From positions 12,820 to 76,819 of IMG/VR virus record IMGVR_UViG_3300021087_001082: 64,000 nt of DNA, one strand, 5' to 3'. Below the pieces are notes generated by a model. It did not search any database. It was not told the origin of the DNA and worked only from the letters and a program-made list of their open reading frames with translations. Shown here one piece after another: positions 47,390-57,721 of this stretch (the stretch's first letter is position 1; each line of letters starts with the position of its first letter). The translations under genes were made by a program, and so were the position numbers. Source of the DNA: a virus (Duplodnaviria > Caudoviricetes).

Positions 47390-48397
47390 ATGAGTCTTTA
47401 CATAGATCATAAGTATACAAATTTATTATCATCCCGCCTACAACGTTTTACAAGAAAATCTAGAGAGCTTTACAATTTCAGATGTCCATTATGTGGAGAT
47501 TCATCTAAGAATCAATTTAAAGCTAGAGGCTATCTTTTCAATAAAAAACAACAATTAATTTTTAAATGTCATAATTGTGGTTCTGGTGGACCTTTAAAAG
47601 TATTATTAGATAAAATTGATCCAACATTATCTAAGCAATATTCTTTTGAAAAATATAGAGAAGAAGCCGGTGACGATACTCATCCAGAGAGAGAAGAAAA
47701 AGTACCAGTTTTTAGAAAACCTCAATTTAAAAAAGTGGGATGTCCTTCACTAAATGAACTAGGCGCAAATCATCCAGCTGTAAAGTTTTGTGATGTAAGA
47801 AGGATACCTAAAGTTCGTTATCATGATATGTATTTTGCAGATTGCTTTAAGAGTTGGGTTAGCAAATATGATATAGAACTCGCCGCACGATTAAGACCAG
47901 ATGATCCCAGAATTATTATCCCATTTTTTGATAAAGATAGAAAGTTAATAGCCGCACAAGGAAGAAGTTTAGAAGATTCAACTTTAAGATATTTCACCGT
48001 TAAGATTGATAAAACAGCTGGCAAACTTTTTGGATTAGATAGAAATGATCCGAAACAATTAACCTATATTGTTGAAGGCCCTATTGATAGTATGTTTCTT
48101 CCTAATGCTTTAGCTATGGCAGGAAGTGACATGGAAGATATGGGTCAATTTTATGCTCGAGACGTTACCTTTGTGTATGATAATGAACGACGAAATAAAG
48201 AAATTGTAGACAAAATGCATAAAACAGTGAAGAAAGGTTTCGCAGTTTGCATCTGGCCTGACACAATTAAAGTTAAAGATATTAATGATATGGTGCTAGA
48301 TGGAATGGACATATTAGACATAGTTGATACCATAAATAAAAATACATTTCGTGGCTTACCTGCAAGGGTAAAATTGAATCAATGGAAAAGAATATGA
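47390..48397 (+). CDS. gp61: DNA primase
   Basis: Zinc finger CPLCGDS...CHNC, QGR, TOPRIM VEGPIDS and KDINDM motifs. Confidence 0.95.
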   Translation: MSLYIDHKYTNLLSSRLQRFTRKSRELYNFRCPLCGDSSKNQFKARGYLFNKKQQLIFKCHNCGSGGPLKVLLDKIDPTLSKQYSFEKYREEAGDDTHPEREEKVPVFRKPQFKKVGCPSLNELGANHPAVKFCDVRRIPKVRYHDMYFADCFKSWVSKYDIELAARLRPDDPRIIIPFFDKDRKLIAAQGRSLEDSTLRYFTVKIDKTAGKLFGLDRNDPKQLTYIVEGPIDSMFLPNALAMAGSDMEDMGQFYARDVTFVYDNERRNKEIVDKMHKTVKKGFAVCIWPDTIKVKDINDMVLDGMDILDIVDTINKNTFRGLPARVKLNQWKRI

Positions 48398-49200
48398 GTG
48401 AAGAAGTGAAAGTCCATGAGCATGGATTTGTTAAATTATTAGATATAATGGGTGATGATGAAGAAGTAGAAGATGCGGCTCGAATAAGTTATGGACAGGG
48501 AACACGAAAGACTAGTCAGACAAGAAATCTTATTCGGTATCTGATGAGGCATGGTCATACATCACCTTTTGAGATGTGTGAAGTTAAGTTTCATATGAAG
48601 TTACCAATTTTTGTAATGAGACAAATAGTTCGGCATAGGACGGCGAACTTAAATGAGTATTCAGGACGATACTCGATTATGAGTAATGATTTTTACGTAC
48701 CTCATGATAATGATATTCAAAAGCAATCAAAACAGAATAACCAAGGTAGGGGGGAAGAAATTGAAAGTAAAGGTTTGGTTAAATATGAATTTAACAGAAT
48801 CTATGACAATGCTTCCTGGGCCTACAAAAATTTATTAGATCTTGATTTAGCTCGTGAGTTATCACGTTCAGTACTGCCTGTTGGCAATTATACAGAGGCT
48901 ATCTGGAAAATAGATTTACATAACTTTTTTAAGTTTTGTAAATTGAGAATGGATGGACACGCACAAAAAGAAGTTAGAGATTATGCAGTTGCCATGTACG
49001 GCATGGTAAAACCAAAATTTCCCCTTTGTTGTGAGGCATTTGAAGATTATGTTCAAAATGCGGTTTCATTTTCTCAAAGAGAATTAAATATTATTAGAGA
49101 CAATTTAAATGGTAGTTGGGTAATGTCAAAGTACGGATTATCAGAGCGAGAATCAACGGAATTTTTAGAAAAGCTGAAAACGATAGAAGGGGAAGAATAG
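48394..49200 (+). CDS. thyX: flavin-dependent thymidylate synthase
   Basis: AARISY, HTSPFE and RHRTANLNEYSGRY motifs. Confidence 0.96.
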   Translation: MSEEVKVHEHGFVKLLDIMGDDEEVEDAARISYGQGTRKTSQTRNLIRYLMRHGHTSPFEMCEVKFHMKLPIFVMRQIVRHRTANLNEYSGRYSIMSNDFYVPHDNDIQKQSKQNNQGRGEEIESKGLVKYEFNRIYDNASWAYKNLLDLDLARELSRSVLPVGNYTEAIWKIDLHNFFKFCKLRMDGHAQKEVRDYAVAMYGMVKPKFPLCCEAFEDYVQNAVSFSQRELNIIRDNLNGSWVMSKYGLSERESTEFLEKLKTIEGEE

Positions 49201-49202
49201 AA

Positions 49203-51164
49203 ATGAATTTGCCTACAGAATACCAGTCCTTTATTCATCTTTCAAGATATGCAAGATGGAGATATGATGAAGAAAGGCGAGAAACATGGCCAGAAACAGT
49301 TGGCCGATATTTTGATTTTTTTAAAGAAGATTTAAAAGAAAAATGTAATTTTAAATTAAGTGAAGCAGAACGAGAACAGTTAGAAGAAGCAGTATTAAAG
49401 ATGGAAATTATGCCGTCTATGCGATGTATGATGACAGCTGGTGTTCCGTTAAGAAAAGAAAATGTTGCGGGGTATAATTGTTCATATATTAAATGTGATC
49501 AGCCTAGAACATTTGATGAAATTATGTATGTTTTAATGAATGGAACAGGAGTTGGTTTTTCTGTTGAAGAAGAGCATACAAAACAGATGCCAATAATTGC
49601 AGAAGAATTTTATCCTACAGATACTATCATTGTAGTTGCTGATAGTAAATTGGGATGGTGTAAAGCATATAAAGAATTAGTTGCTTTATTATATCAAGGT
49701 CTAATACCTAAATGGGATATTAGTAAAGTTCGACCAGCTGGGATGCCTTTAAAAACTTTCGGAGGTAGAGCAAGTGGCCCACAACCTTTAGTTGATTTAT
49801 TTAACTTTGTTACGGGGATATTTAAACTTGCCGCAGGAAGAAAACTCAAACCAGTTGAATGTCATGATATCATTTGTAAAACGGCGGAAGTTGTTGTTGT
49901 GGGTGGGGTCAGGCGTAGCGCTCTTATCAGTTTATCTGATCTCAATGATCGTGAAATGCGATTCGCTAAAGCAGGTGAATGGTGGAAAAACGATGTCCAA
50001 CGTGCCCTCGCGAATAATTCGGTTAACTATAAGGAAAGACCAGACATTGGTACTTTCATGCGGGAGTGGTTATCTCTCTACGATAGTAAATCCGGAGAAC
50101 GAGGAATCTATAACAGTATGTCTGCCAAAAATCAAGTAGAAAAATTAAATGAAAGAGAAAAAGATGGAAGTGGAAATTACATTCGAAGACGAGTACCCAG
50201 AGATGACTTCGGCACAAATCCGTGCAGTGAGATCATTTTACGATCCCGAGAATTCTGCAACTTATCTGAAGTCGTTGTCAGGGGGACAGACACTAGAGAG
50301 CATCTCAAAGACAAAGTTCGCAGTGCGACCATTCTTGGAACATTTCAATCCACACTCACCGACTTCAAATATCTTACAAGAGAGTGGAACAGAAACTGCG
50401 CAGAGGAACGATTACTGGGAGTCTCACTTACTGGAATCATGGATAATGGATTAACAAATGGTAAAGTGGGTAAAAAGAAAACTGGTGAACTATTGGAAGA
50501 ACTCCGTGATATTGCCATTAAAACAAATACAGAATGGGCTGATAAACTTGGTATCCCTAGATCGGCCGCCATTACGTGTGTTAAACCTTCGGGCACTGTT
50601 TCTCAGTTGGTTGATTCTGCTAGTGGTATTCATGCCCGTCATAATCCTTATTACATCAGAACAGTGCGAGCAGATAATAAAGATCCTTTGTGTAAATTTA
50701 TGATGCAAGCAGGATTCCCTAATGAACCTGATGTAACAAAACCAGAACATACAACAGTATTTTCATTTCCACAGAAGAGTCCAAAAGGTGCTATTTGTAG
50801 AAATGATATGAATGCTTTAGAACAATTGGAACTTTGGAAATTATATCAAGATCATTGGTGTGAACATAAACCATCTGTTACAGTTTCTGTTAAAGAACAT
50901 GAATGGTTGGGTGTAGGCAATTGGGTATGGGACAATTTTGATAATATCAGTGGTATTTCATTTTTACCATTTAGTGAACATACTTATAAGCAAGCACCAT
51001 ATCAAGATTGCGATAAAAAAGAACATGATGAGCTATCAGCGAAAATGCCTAAAGAAGTAGATTGGACGGCATTAGGAGATTATGAGAAAGAAGATCACAC
51101 TGCTGGAGCTCAATCTGCAGCATGTGCAGCTCCTGGTGGCTGCGAAGTGGTTGATTTAATATAG
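49203..51164 (+). CDS. nrdJ: class II (adenosylcobalamin-dependent) ribonucleotide reductase
   Basis: PSMR, YNC, GTGVGFS, GGVRRSA, NPCSEI, TCVKPSGTVS and a C-terminal Cys pair; no small subunit adjacent. Confidence 0.88.
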   Translation: MNLPTEYQSFIHLSRYARWRYDEERRETWPETVGRYFDFFKEDLKEKCNFKLSEAEREQLEEAVLKMEIMPSMRCMMTAGVPLRKENVAGYNCSYIKCDQPRTFDEIMYVLMNGTGVGFSVEEEHTKQMPIIAEEFYPTDTIIVVADSKLGWCKAYKELVALLYQGLIPKWDISKVRPAGMPLKTFGGRASGPQPLVDLFNFVTGIFKLAAGRKLKPVECHDIICKTAEVVVVGGVRRSALISLSDLNDREMRFAKAGEWWKNDVQRALANNSVNYKERPDIGTFMREWLSLYDSKSGERGIYNSMSAKNQVEKLNEREKDGSGNYIRRRVPRDDFGTNPCSEIILRSREFCNLSEVVVRGTDTREHLKDKVRSATILGTFQSTLTDFKYLTREWNRNCAEERLLGVSLTGIMDNGLTNGKVGKKKTGELLEELRDIAIKTNTEWADKLGIPRSAAITCVKPSGTVSQLVDSASGIHARHNPYYIRTVRADNKDPLCKFMMQAGFPNEPDVTKPEHTTVFSFPQKSPKGAICRNDMNALEQLELWKLYQDHWCEHKPSVTVSVKEHEWLGVGNWVWDNFDNISGISFLPFSEHTYKQAPYQDCDKKEHDELSAKMPKEVDWTALGDYEKEDHTAGAQSAACAAPGGCEVVDLI

Positions 51165-51175
51165 AAATTTTTTAC

Positions 51176-51204
51176 TTGATTTTTAAATAACTTTGCCGTA
51201 TAAT
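51176..51204 (+). promoter_or_regulatory. sigma70-type promoter
   Basis: TTGATT-N17-TATAAT. Confidence 0.65.
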
Positions 51205-51214
51205 AAAGGGTAAT

Positions 51215-51418
51215 ATGAAAACAGACTTCGAAAAATATGTTGAGGATTGTATGAGCGTTATAAAGGTTTATACTGATTCTTTAGATGAACGTACACTTTC
51301 GCAGATCTGGAAATCAATCGAGAATTCACCTGCTAAATCTGGAAAGATTTGGTTGGAGGATGGTCTCGATAAATCGTATAGGGAAAGAAACCCGGATACA
51401 AATTTTATTTATGATTGA
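51215..51418 (+). CDS. hypothetical protein
   Basis: 67 aa ORF with RBS. Confidence 0.55.
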   Translation: MKTDFEKYVEDCMSVIKVYTDSLDERTLSQIWKSIENSPAKSGKIWLEDGLDKSYRERNPDTNFIYD

Positions 51419-51885
51419 AGATGATAGTTTTTATAGATATGGATGGTGTTCTAGCAAATTTTGATGGCGCCATTATTAAAAAATTTGAAAGTAAAAAATT
51501 ATGGGATAATAGATGGGATGAAGTCGATCCTGAATTATTCCTCAATTTAGAAAAAATGCCTGATGCGGATCAATTAGTTGAATATATTCGTGGAATGTTT
51601 GATATTCACTTACTGACAGCTATTCCTAAAAAAGGCAGATTTGAAAAATCAAGGGTCCAAAAATATCAATGGGCCTTCAACCATTATAAAATATACCCCT
51701 CAAAAATACATGCTTGTTACAGAGAAGAAAAACAGTATTTTGCTGTTGAGGAGAACCTTTCTCCTAATCTATTAATAGATGATCATGAAGGCAATGTAAT
51801 CGAATGGAGGGCTAAAGGTGGAATTGCAATTCATCACACTTCAACAAAAAATAGTATAAAAGAATTGCAACAGTTAGGATTTTAA
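51415..51885 (+). CDS. HAD 5'(3')-deoxyribonucleotidase-like protein
   Basis: DMDGVLANF, LTA, LIDD and W...GG motifs. Confidence 0.85.
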   Translation: MKMIVFIDMDGVLANFDGAIIKKFESKKLWDNRWDEVDPELFLNLEKMPDADQLVEYIRGMFDIHLLTAIPKKGRFEKSRVQKYQWAFNHYKIYPSKIHACYREEKQYFAVEENLSPNLLIDDHEGNVIEWRAKGGIAIHHTSTKNSIKELQQLGF

Positions 51886-52422
51886 TTGATATGTGCAGGT
51901 ATAGATTATTCAATGAATAGTCCCGCAGTGTGCATTTATAAAAATGGAATACTTAATCCCAGTAATTGTTCTTATCATTTTTTTGGTTTGGATAAGTGGC
52001 GGCCTCGGTGGTCCGCCCTTCAAAATGTGAATTGTTATAAATTCCCAAAAGAGTTGAAAGATCTAGATAAGTATATGTTTTTGGCAGACTGGACCATAGA
52101 GGTAATCCGTCAGTACAATTTTAGAGTGTCCAAAGTTGTTTTGGAAGATTATTCATTTGGATCTACAGGCAGAGTTTTTCATATTGCGGAAAATGTTGGA
52201 ATATTAAAATATACATTAAAAAAGAACGGTTTCCGCTATGAAATCGTTCCTCCAACAGTTATTAAGAAGTATGCCACAGGGAAGGGAAATTCTAATAAAG
52301 ATGCAATGTTAGAAGCATGGAAAACAGAGCCAGGCACTTTTGATTTAGTTCAAGAGTCAGGTAACCCGGCTAATGATATTGTTGATTCCTACTTCCTTTG
52401 TAAATATGGAGTTAATCAGTGA
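51886..52422 (+). CDS. RuvC-like nuclease/resolvase
   Basis: GIDYS, LEDYS, P..IKKYATGKGN..K and DIVDS motifs. Confidence 0.8.
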   Translation: MICAGIDYSMNSPAVCIYKNGILNPSNCSYHFFGLDKWRPRWSALQNVNCYKFPKELKDLDKYMFLADWTIEVIRQYNFRVSKVVLEDYSFGSTGRVFHIAENVGILKYTLKKNGFRYEIVPPTVIKKYATGKGNSNKDAMLEAWKTEPGTFDLVQESGNPANDIVDSYFLCKYGVNQ

Positions 52423-52798
52423 ATATATTTACGTCTCGAGTATGCTCAGTAATCTTCTCGATTTGCTTTTCTAGTATCTCTCGCCTATTTGGCCAATATA
52501 TGTATTCGTTGGTTGAAGACTTTGCCAAATTGTTCAACAGAGGAACAATCATATCTTCAACTGTTTTCATTTTTATTTCATACTCTTTGTTTAATTTGTC
52601 TTTATGTTTATCAATATCTTCATAATGATAATCCAACAAACTCCATATTTTATTCACTGTACCTTCAACTTCTTTTATTTGTCCAGCTTTAGCTTCTTTA
52701 ACAGCGGCTTCAACCACTTTTGTTTCTGGTTCTTTAGCCGTGGCAGTAAAATCCGATTCACTTACCGTACTAAAACCAAAATCATTTAATTCGTCCAT
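52412..52798 (-). CDS. conserved T4-like hypothetical protein
   Basis: DFGFS and PLLNNL...EYIYWPNR motifs; GAGG RBS and minus-strand CTAAATA at 52830-52836. Confidence 0.7.
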   Translation of the reverse strand: MDELNDFGFSTVSESDFTATAKEPETKVVEAAVKEAKAGQIKEVEGTVNKIWSLLDYHYEDIDKHKDKLNKEYEIKMKTVEDMIVPLLNNLAKSSTNEYIYWPNRREILEKQIEKITEHTRDVNIFTD

Positions 52799-53677
52799 AT
52801 GTACCCTCAAGATTTGCAATTTACTAATATATTTAGGACAGACGAGACTAACATAGGTGACTGGTATAGTTCCCCTGCTATGTACTTTGATCTACCAGGT
52901 AATACAAAAGATATCTGGAAATTAGATCATGCATATGAACCGGAACATGAAAATATCATTTATGGTGGAGGTGGACTCATAGGACAAATGAGACCTATGG
53001 CGCATACTATAACAAATCAGAAAAATGGTAATTATAAAGTATTTGGATGGGGAATAGGAGAACATATTTATGTTAGTATGGATGAACAAACACAATCTAT
53101 TCCTCCAATAGATATATCATATCCCTTTTATATTAGAAAATTTGATTTATTAGGTATTAGAGATTGGTATCCTGGAATATATACTGCGGTACCTTCAGCT
53201 AGATGGGTTCCATGCGCGAGTTGCATGCATGAAGCCTTTGATAAAGAATATGAAGTAAAAAATGATATTGTTTTCTTTACACATCAATCACTACCAATGT
53301 TTATTATTCATATGATGCCTAAACAAACATGGGACTATCCTCATATGGCAAATGATAACAAACAAACATTTGAAGAAGTAATAGAATTTCTTGGAAGTTC
53401 AGATGTAGTTGTCACAAATTCATATCATGGGGCTTATTGGGCGACTCTTTTAGGAAAAGCTGTTGTTGCCTTTCCATGGGCTTCTAAATTTCATGGATTA
53501 AAACATAAACCAATTCTTTGTCCTGCACCTGATTGGTGGAAGGAATTAAATGATAGGGAACAACATCAGTATAAACATGCGCTTGAAGAATGTAGGCAAG
53601 CAAATAAAGATTTTCATTTAGAAATGATAAATTATATTTTAAATGTACCTCAAACATTAAAATTCGAGACAACATGA
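52799..53677 (+). CDS. polysaccharide pyruvyl-transferase-like protein
   Basis: NIGD, GGGGL, WGIG, GIRD, VPCASC and TNSYHG motifs. Confidence 0.7.
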   Translation: MYPQDLQFTNIFRTDETNIGDWYSSPAMYFDLPGNTKDIWKLDHAYEPEHENIIYGGGGLIGQMRPMAHTITNQKNGNYKVFGWGIGEHIYVSMDEQTQSIPPIDISYPFYIRKFDLLGIRDWYPGIYTAVPSARWVPCASCMHEAFDKEYEVKNDIVFFTHQSLPMFIIHMMPKQTWDYPHMANDNKQTFEEVIEFLGSSDVVVTNSYHGAYWATLLGKAVVAFPWASKFHGLKHKPILCPAPDWWKELNDREQHQYKHALEECRQANKDFHLEMINYILNVPQTLKFETT

Positions 53678-54711
53678 ATTTAGATATTTACAAATCAACA
53701 GATATTCCACAAAGACGTGAAGGTAATATTGCGAAAAGGTCTTTTGGCGGAACAGAATTGACAACATTAGAATTGTGGTCCCATTTACCACAAAAATATA
53801 AGACAGACTATCAATGGGTGATATCAAGATTATATGATGATGATATGCAAACCGTTTTACCTAAAATATGGTGGTTCCATGATTTAGCAGGCGATCCATG
53901 TCATAAGCTCCTTGAACATAATTCCGGCCATGAGAATTTTGAAAAATTTATTTTTTCTAGTCATTGGCAAATGATGACCTTTATATCAAAATATAGTTTA
54001 CCCACCACTAAATGTGAGGTAATGAAAACAGCGATTTTTCCTCACGATCAATATGAAAAACCAAAAGAGGATAAACTAAATTTAATATATTGTTCTACTC
54101 CTCAAAGAGGATTGCATATTTTATGTAATGCTTTACATGAACTTGAAAGGGATGATTGGCATTTACACGTTTATTCGTCTTATAGTGTTTATGGATGGAA
54201 AGAAAATGATCAACCTTATAAAGAGTTATTTGATCATATAGAAGCGAATCCTAATATGACCTTACATCCTTCTGTTATTGGAAGGCCCTTAAGAGAAGAA
54301 TGGAAAGATATGCATATTTGGGCTTATCCTTGTATTTGGGAGGAGACATCTTGTCGAACAGCTATGGAAGCCATGTCCGCAAGAGTTGTTATGTTAACAA
54401 ATAATTTAGGAGCCTTACCTGAAACATGTTCTGATCATGCAATTATGTATCCTTATGTTAAAGATGAAATTGAACATTGTTATAGGTTTGCAGATGAGTT
54501 AGATAAGTTGATGGATAATTATTGGGACTCTGAAACTCTAGATATAATTAATAGAGCAAAGAAACATGCCGACAAGTATTATAGCTGGGAGTATAGAGCT
54601 CCTAAGTGGATTGAAATGTTAGATTTAATGGAGATTGAAGATGAACTCACCGAAGGAAAGAATGGATCAGATAACGCAGTTGATGGTGATAACGATGGAG
54701 GAGTACGTTAA
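53674..54711 (+). CDS. GT-B glycosyltransferase
   Basis: GGTE, HD, STPQRGL and ETSC..AMEAM...GALPET motifs. Confidence 0.85.
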   Translation: MNLDIYKSTDIPQRREGNIAKRSFGGTELTTLELWSHLPQKYKTDYQWVISRLYDDDMQTVLPKIWWFHDLAGDPCHKLLEHNSGHENFEKFIFSSHWQMMTFISKYSLPTTKCEVMKTAIFPHDQYEKPKEDKLNLIYCSTPQRGLHILCNALHELERDDWHLHVYSSYSVYGWKENDQPYKELFDHIEANPNMTLHPSVIGRPLREEWKDMHIWAYPCIWEETSCRTAMEAMSARVVMLTNNLGALPETCSDHAIMYPYVKDEIEHCYRFADELDKLMDNYWDSETLDIINRAKKHADKYYSWEYRAPKWIEMLDLMEIEDELTEGKNGSDNAVDGDNDGGVR

Positions 54712-55134
54712 TTGATTAGAGGAATAGCATTTTCGTGTTTTGATTTATTACACGCCGGACATATTACAATGTTAGCAGAAGCGAAACAACATTGTGATTA
54801 TCTTATTGTTGGATTGCATACATCACCCGGACATAAAAAGAATGTAGTACAATCATGCTTTGAGCGATGGGTACAATTAAAAGGATGTAAGTATGTGGAT
54901 GAGATTATCCCATATGAATCAGAAAAAGATCTTAAGAATATACTCAAGACAATAACACCTCTTCATATGAGATTTTTAGGTGAAGAATATTTACGTGACA
55001 ATTTGTTTATAACAGGGTATAATATATGTTTAAATAGAAATATTGAAATTCATTATTGTCGAAGATATCATGATTATAGTTCAACTGAGTTAAAGGAGAG
55101 AATTGCTAGTTTGCCAAACACCTCTAAGAGTTAG
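54712..55134 (+). CDS. TagD/RfaE-type nucleotidyltransferase
   Basis: FDLLHAGH, YVDEI and YSSTELK motifs. Confidence 0.88.
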   Translation: MIRGIAFSCFDLLHAGHITMLAEAKQHCDYLIVGLHTSPGHKKNVVQSCFERWVQLKGCKYVDEIIPYESEKDLKNILKTITPLHMRFLGEEYLRDNLFITGYNICLNRNIEIHYCRRYHDYSSTELKERIASLPNTSKS

Positions 55135-56065
55135 TTTTATTGGCGGCGGAACAGATCTGCCAGAATATTATAAAAACGCTGGTAAACCAGGAAAAGTGAT
55201 CAGCGCTGCGATAGACAAATATACATATGTTGTAGTAAATAAGCTTTACAGGAAACAATGGGTTTGTAATTATTCTAAGAAAGAAATTTGCAATTCTATT
55301 GAGGAAATTCAGCATGAATACATCCGTGAAGTACTTAAACATTTTAAGATAGATTTTGGTTTAGAGATTACAACGTTAGCAGATATACCTTCTGAAGGTT
55401 CAGGGCTTGCATCATCATCAAGTATCTTAGTAGGACTAATACATGCAATTGGAACACTAGTTAAAGCAGATTTAAACCATGCCGATATAGCTCATCTAGC
55501 ATGCCGTATTGAGATAGAAATATTAAAGAAGCCAATTGGCAAACAAGACCAGTTTGCTGTCAGTTACGGCGGTTTTAATACCATTTCCTTTAGGAAACCT
55601 GACAGGGTTACTGTTAATGAATTAGATATTGATGAAAACTTTGAGGATATGTTCGTTTTAGTTAATACGGGTATTCATAGACAATCATCAGATATTTTGA
55701 CAGATCAAAGAAAAAATACCCAGAGAAAAGTTCAGAAATATGATCGAATGGCAGAATATGTTGAAGAGGGTTTGAAACAACTTAATAAAAAAGAATATCT
55801 TGAATTTGGATTCACAATGCTTAATTCAATGAGAATAAAACAAGAATTGGCAAAAGGTATTATAACTGATAAAATAAATCTGTTGATAAACAGAGCATTG
55901 CAAGATATAATAGGTTATAAAATTTGTGGAGCTGGAGGAGGAGGATATTTACTCTTTATGACAGAAAATCCTCAGGGTATACAATCAAAATTTGAAGATT
56001 TAGATACTTTCAGAATAAAGTTTGATAACCAAGGATCAAGGATAATATTAAATAATGAAAAGTAA
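55103..56065 (+). CDS. hddA: GHMP sugar kinase (heptose-7-phosphate kinase-like)
   Basis: PLRVSFIGGGTD, GSGLASSS, GKQDQ and GAGGGG motifs. Confidence 0.85.
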   Translation: MLVCQTPLRVSFIGGGTDLPEYYKNAGKPGKVISAAIDKYTYVVVNKLYRKQWVCNYSKKEICNSIEEIQHEYIREVLKHFKIDFGLEITTLADIPSEGSGLASSSSILVGLIHAIGTLVKADLNHADIAHLACRIEIEILKKPIGKQDQFAVSYGGFNTISFRKPDRVTVNELDIDENFEDMFVLVNTGIHRQSSDILTDQRKNTQRKVQKYDRMAEYVEEGLKQLNKKEYLEFGFTMLNSMRIKQELAKGIITDKINLLINRALQDIIGYKICGAGGGGYLLFMTENPQGIQSKFEDLDTFRIKFDNQGSRIILNNEK

Positions 56066-56657
56066 AACTTGGAAACATTTTGCGGATGATGTGGATGGTA
56101 TATGTCAAGCTGTACGACAAGATCATATAAATCATCTTATAGAAGGTATTTGGGAGGCATACAAGTCTCATAAACAATTTTTTATTTGTGGTAATGGTGG
56201 GAGTGCGTTAAATGCAAGTCACTTTGCACAAGACTTATCAAAAGGGGTTATTGAAAATGGAAGTTCAAAACCTAGGATTAGGGCTATTTCTCTTAGTAAC
56301 GATATCGGTTTCATCACTGCTACATCTAACGATGATAGCTATGCTAATATATTTGTAAATCAGCTTATAACGCTCGCTAATGAAGGTGATTCATTATTTG
56401 TTATAAGTGGCAGTGGGAACTCAGAAAATGTCGTTAGAGCCGTTGATTACGCTGAATTAAACGGGATTAAGACGTATGGTATCTTAGGATATGATGGTGG
56501 TGTATGTAAGTCTAAAGTTCAGAAATTTATACATATTAACTATAATCATATGGAAATATGCGAAAGCGTAATGTCTATCATATTACATTACGTAATGTGT
56601 GAATTAAAAACAAGACATGAAAATTATAGACTTGCAAGAATTCAAGAAGAGTCGTAA
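56055..56657 (+). CDS. gmhA: phosphoheptose isomerase (SIS domain)
   Basis: CGNGGSA..ASHFA, SND, ISGSGNSENV and GYDGG motifs. Confidence 0.88.
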   Translation: MKSKTWKHFADDVDGICQAVRQDHINHLIEGIWEAYKSHKQFFICGNGGSALNASHFAQDLSKGVIENGSSKPRIRAISLSNDIGFITATSNDDSYANIFVNQLITLANEGDSLFVISGSGNSENVVRAVDYAELNGIKTYGILGYDGGVCKSKVQKFIHINYNHMEICESVMSIILHYVMCELKTRHENYRLARIQEES

Positions 56658-56931
56658 TCTTAAAAAGGCCACAGCAGAAACTGATGTACCTTTAAAAGTG
56701 GATAGTTTTTACAAACATAAGGATATGCCATTATGGATTCATGTTATGGGACAAAGTATTCCTAGTTTATTTGGTGGAGGCCAAATGATAATAGCACAAG
56801 CACATGATGGTAAGGTGTTATGTTTTGAATACGGAGAAGAATTGAATTGGGAGCCTGTTTCATTTAATGTTTTTGATAGGATAGTAATGGAAACACAAAA
56901 TAATCAACCTGAGCCTCCAGAGGCGAGTTAA
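56617..56931 (+). CDS. hypothetical protein
   Basis: 104 aa ORF. Confidence 0.55.
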   Translation: MKIIDLQEFKKSRNLKKATAETDVPLKVDSFYKHKDMPLWIHVMGQSIPSLFGGGQMIIAQAHDGKVLCFEYGEELNWEPVSFNVFDRIVMETQNNQPEPPEAS

Positions 56932-56932
56932 T

Positions 56933-57721
56933 ATGGCATTTCAGAAAAGGTCACTTGAAGCGAAGCATATGGGTGAGGAGCCTGATCCAAGGGATTGGAT
57001 GGAAATGGATGAAGAGGCTCTAACAGATCGAATGCATGACTCATTTAGATGGTATTATAAATTTTATGATTTTAAAGAAACAATGGTTTTTGTTTCTGAA
57101 TATTATAAAAAGAATAAAGTTAAGACAACATCACCTAAAAAGATTAAACCAATAGATTTACAAGAAGTAGGAATGCATGTTGGTTATATTGCGCGATTAA
57201 AAACACGAGGGCTTGATCGATGTCCGGAGAAACTTGAAACTCTTTTTATTGAGAAGCTTAAAAAGATTGAAGATATTGCTAATAGAAGAAAAAATCAACA
57301 GGAAGAAATACAGGAAAATAAAGTAAAACCAGATATTCAGCAAAGAATGCGTGCTCTGGCAAAGAAATTGGCATTTGATGTAGAAGAAGTTGTAGAACAA
57401 CAAATTGATAGTGGTTTTAAAGATAAATTTAATTTCAAGAACTTTGTTAAACAAAATAAGATTACTAAGCCTGTTGCAAAACATTTGAAAGAAGAAATAA
57501 ATTTAATGGCAGAGGAGATACGATTAGCAAAAGATGGCGACCCGGATCTTAAAGAAGCATATAGCCATTTAAATGGAATTATTAAAAATAGATTAATCAA
57601 ATTTTATGATAATTTGATTGAGGAATGCGATAACATTCAAACGGTGAAAAAGGAAAATATTAAACCTGTTAAGTTAAATTGGTATAGAAGGAATAAAAAC
57701 AAAAAGAAAAAGAAAAAATGA
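56933..57721 (+). CDS. conserved T4-like hypothetical protein
   Basis: G.EP, WY..FY, IQQRM and D.DLKEAYSH motifs; upstream of rnh. Confidence 0.65.
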   Translation: MAFQKRSLEAKHMGEEPDPRDWMEMDEEALTDRMHDSFRWYYKFYDFKETMVFVSEYYKKNKVKTTSPKKIKPIDLQEVGMHVGYIARLKTRGLDRCPEKLETLFIEKLKKIEDIANRRKNQQEEIQENKVKPDIQQRMRALAKKLAFDVEEVVEQQIDSGFKDKFNFKNFVKQNKITKPVAKHLKEEINLMAEEIRLAKDGDPDLKEAYSHLNGIIKNRLIKFYDNLIEECDNIQTVKKENIKPVKLNWYRRNKNKKKKKK

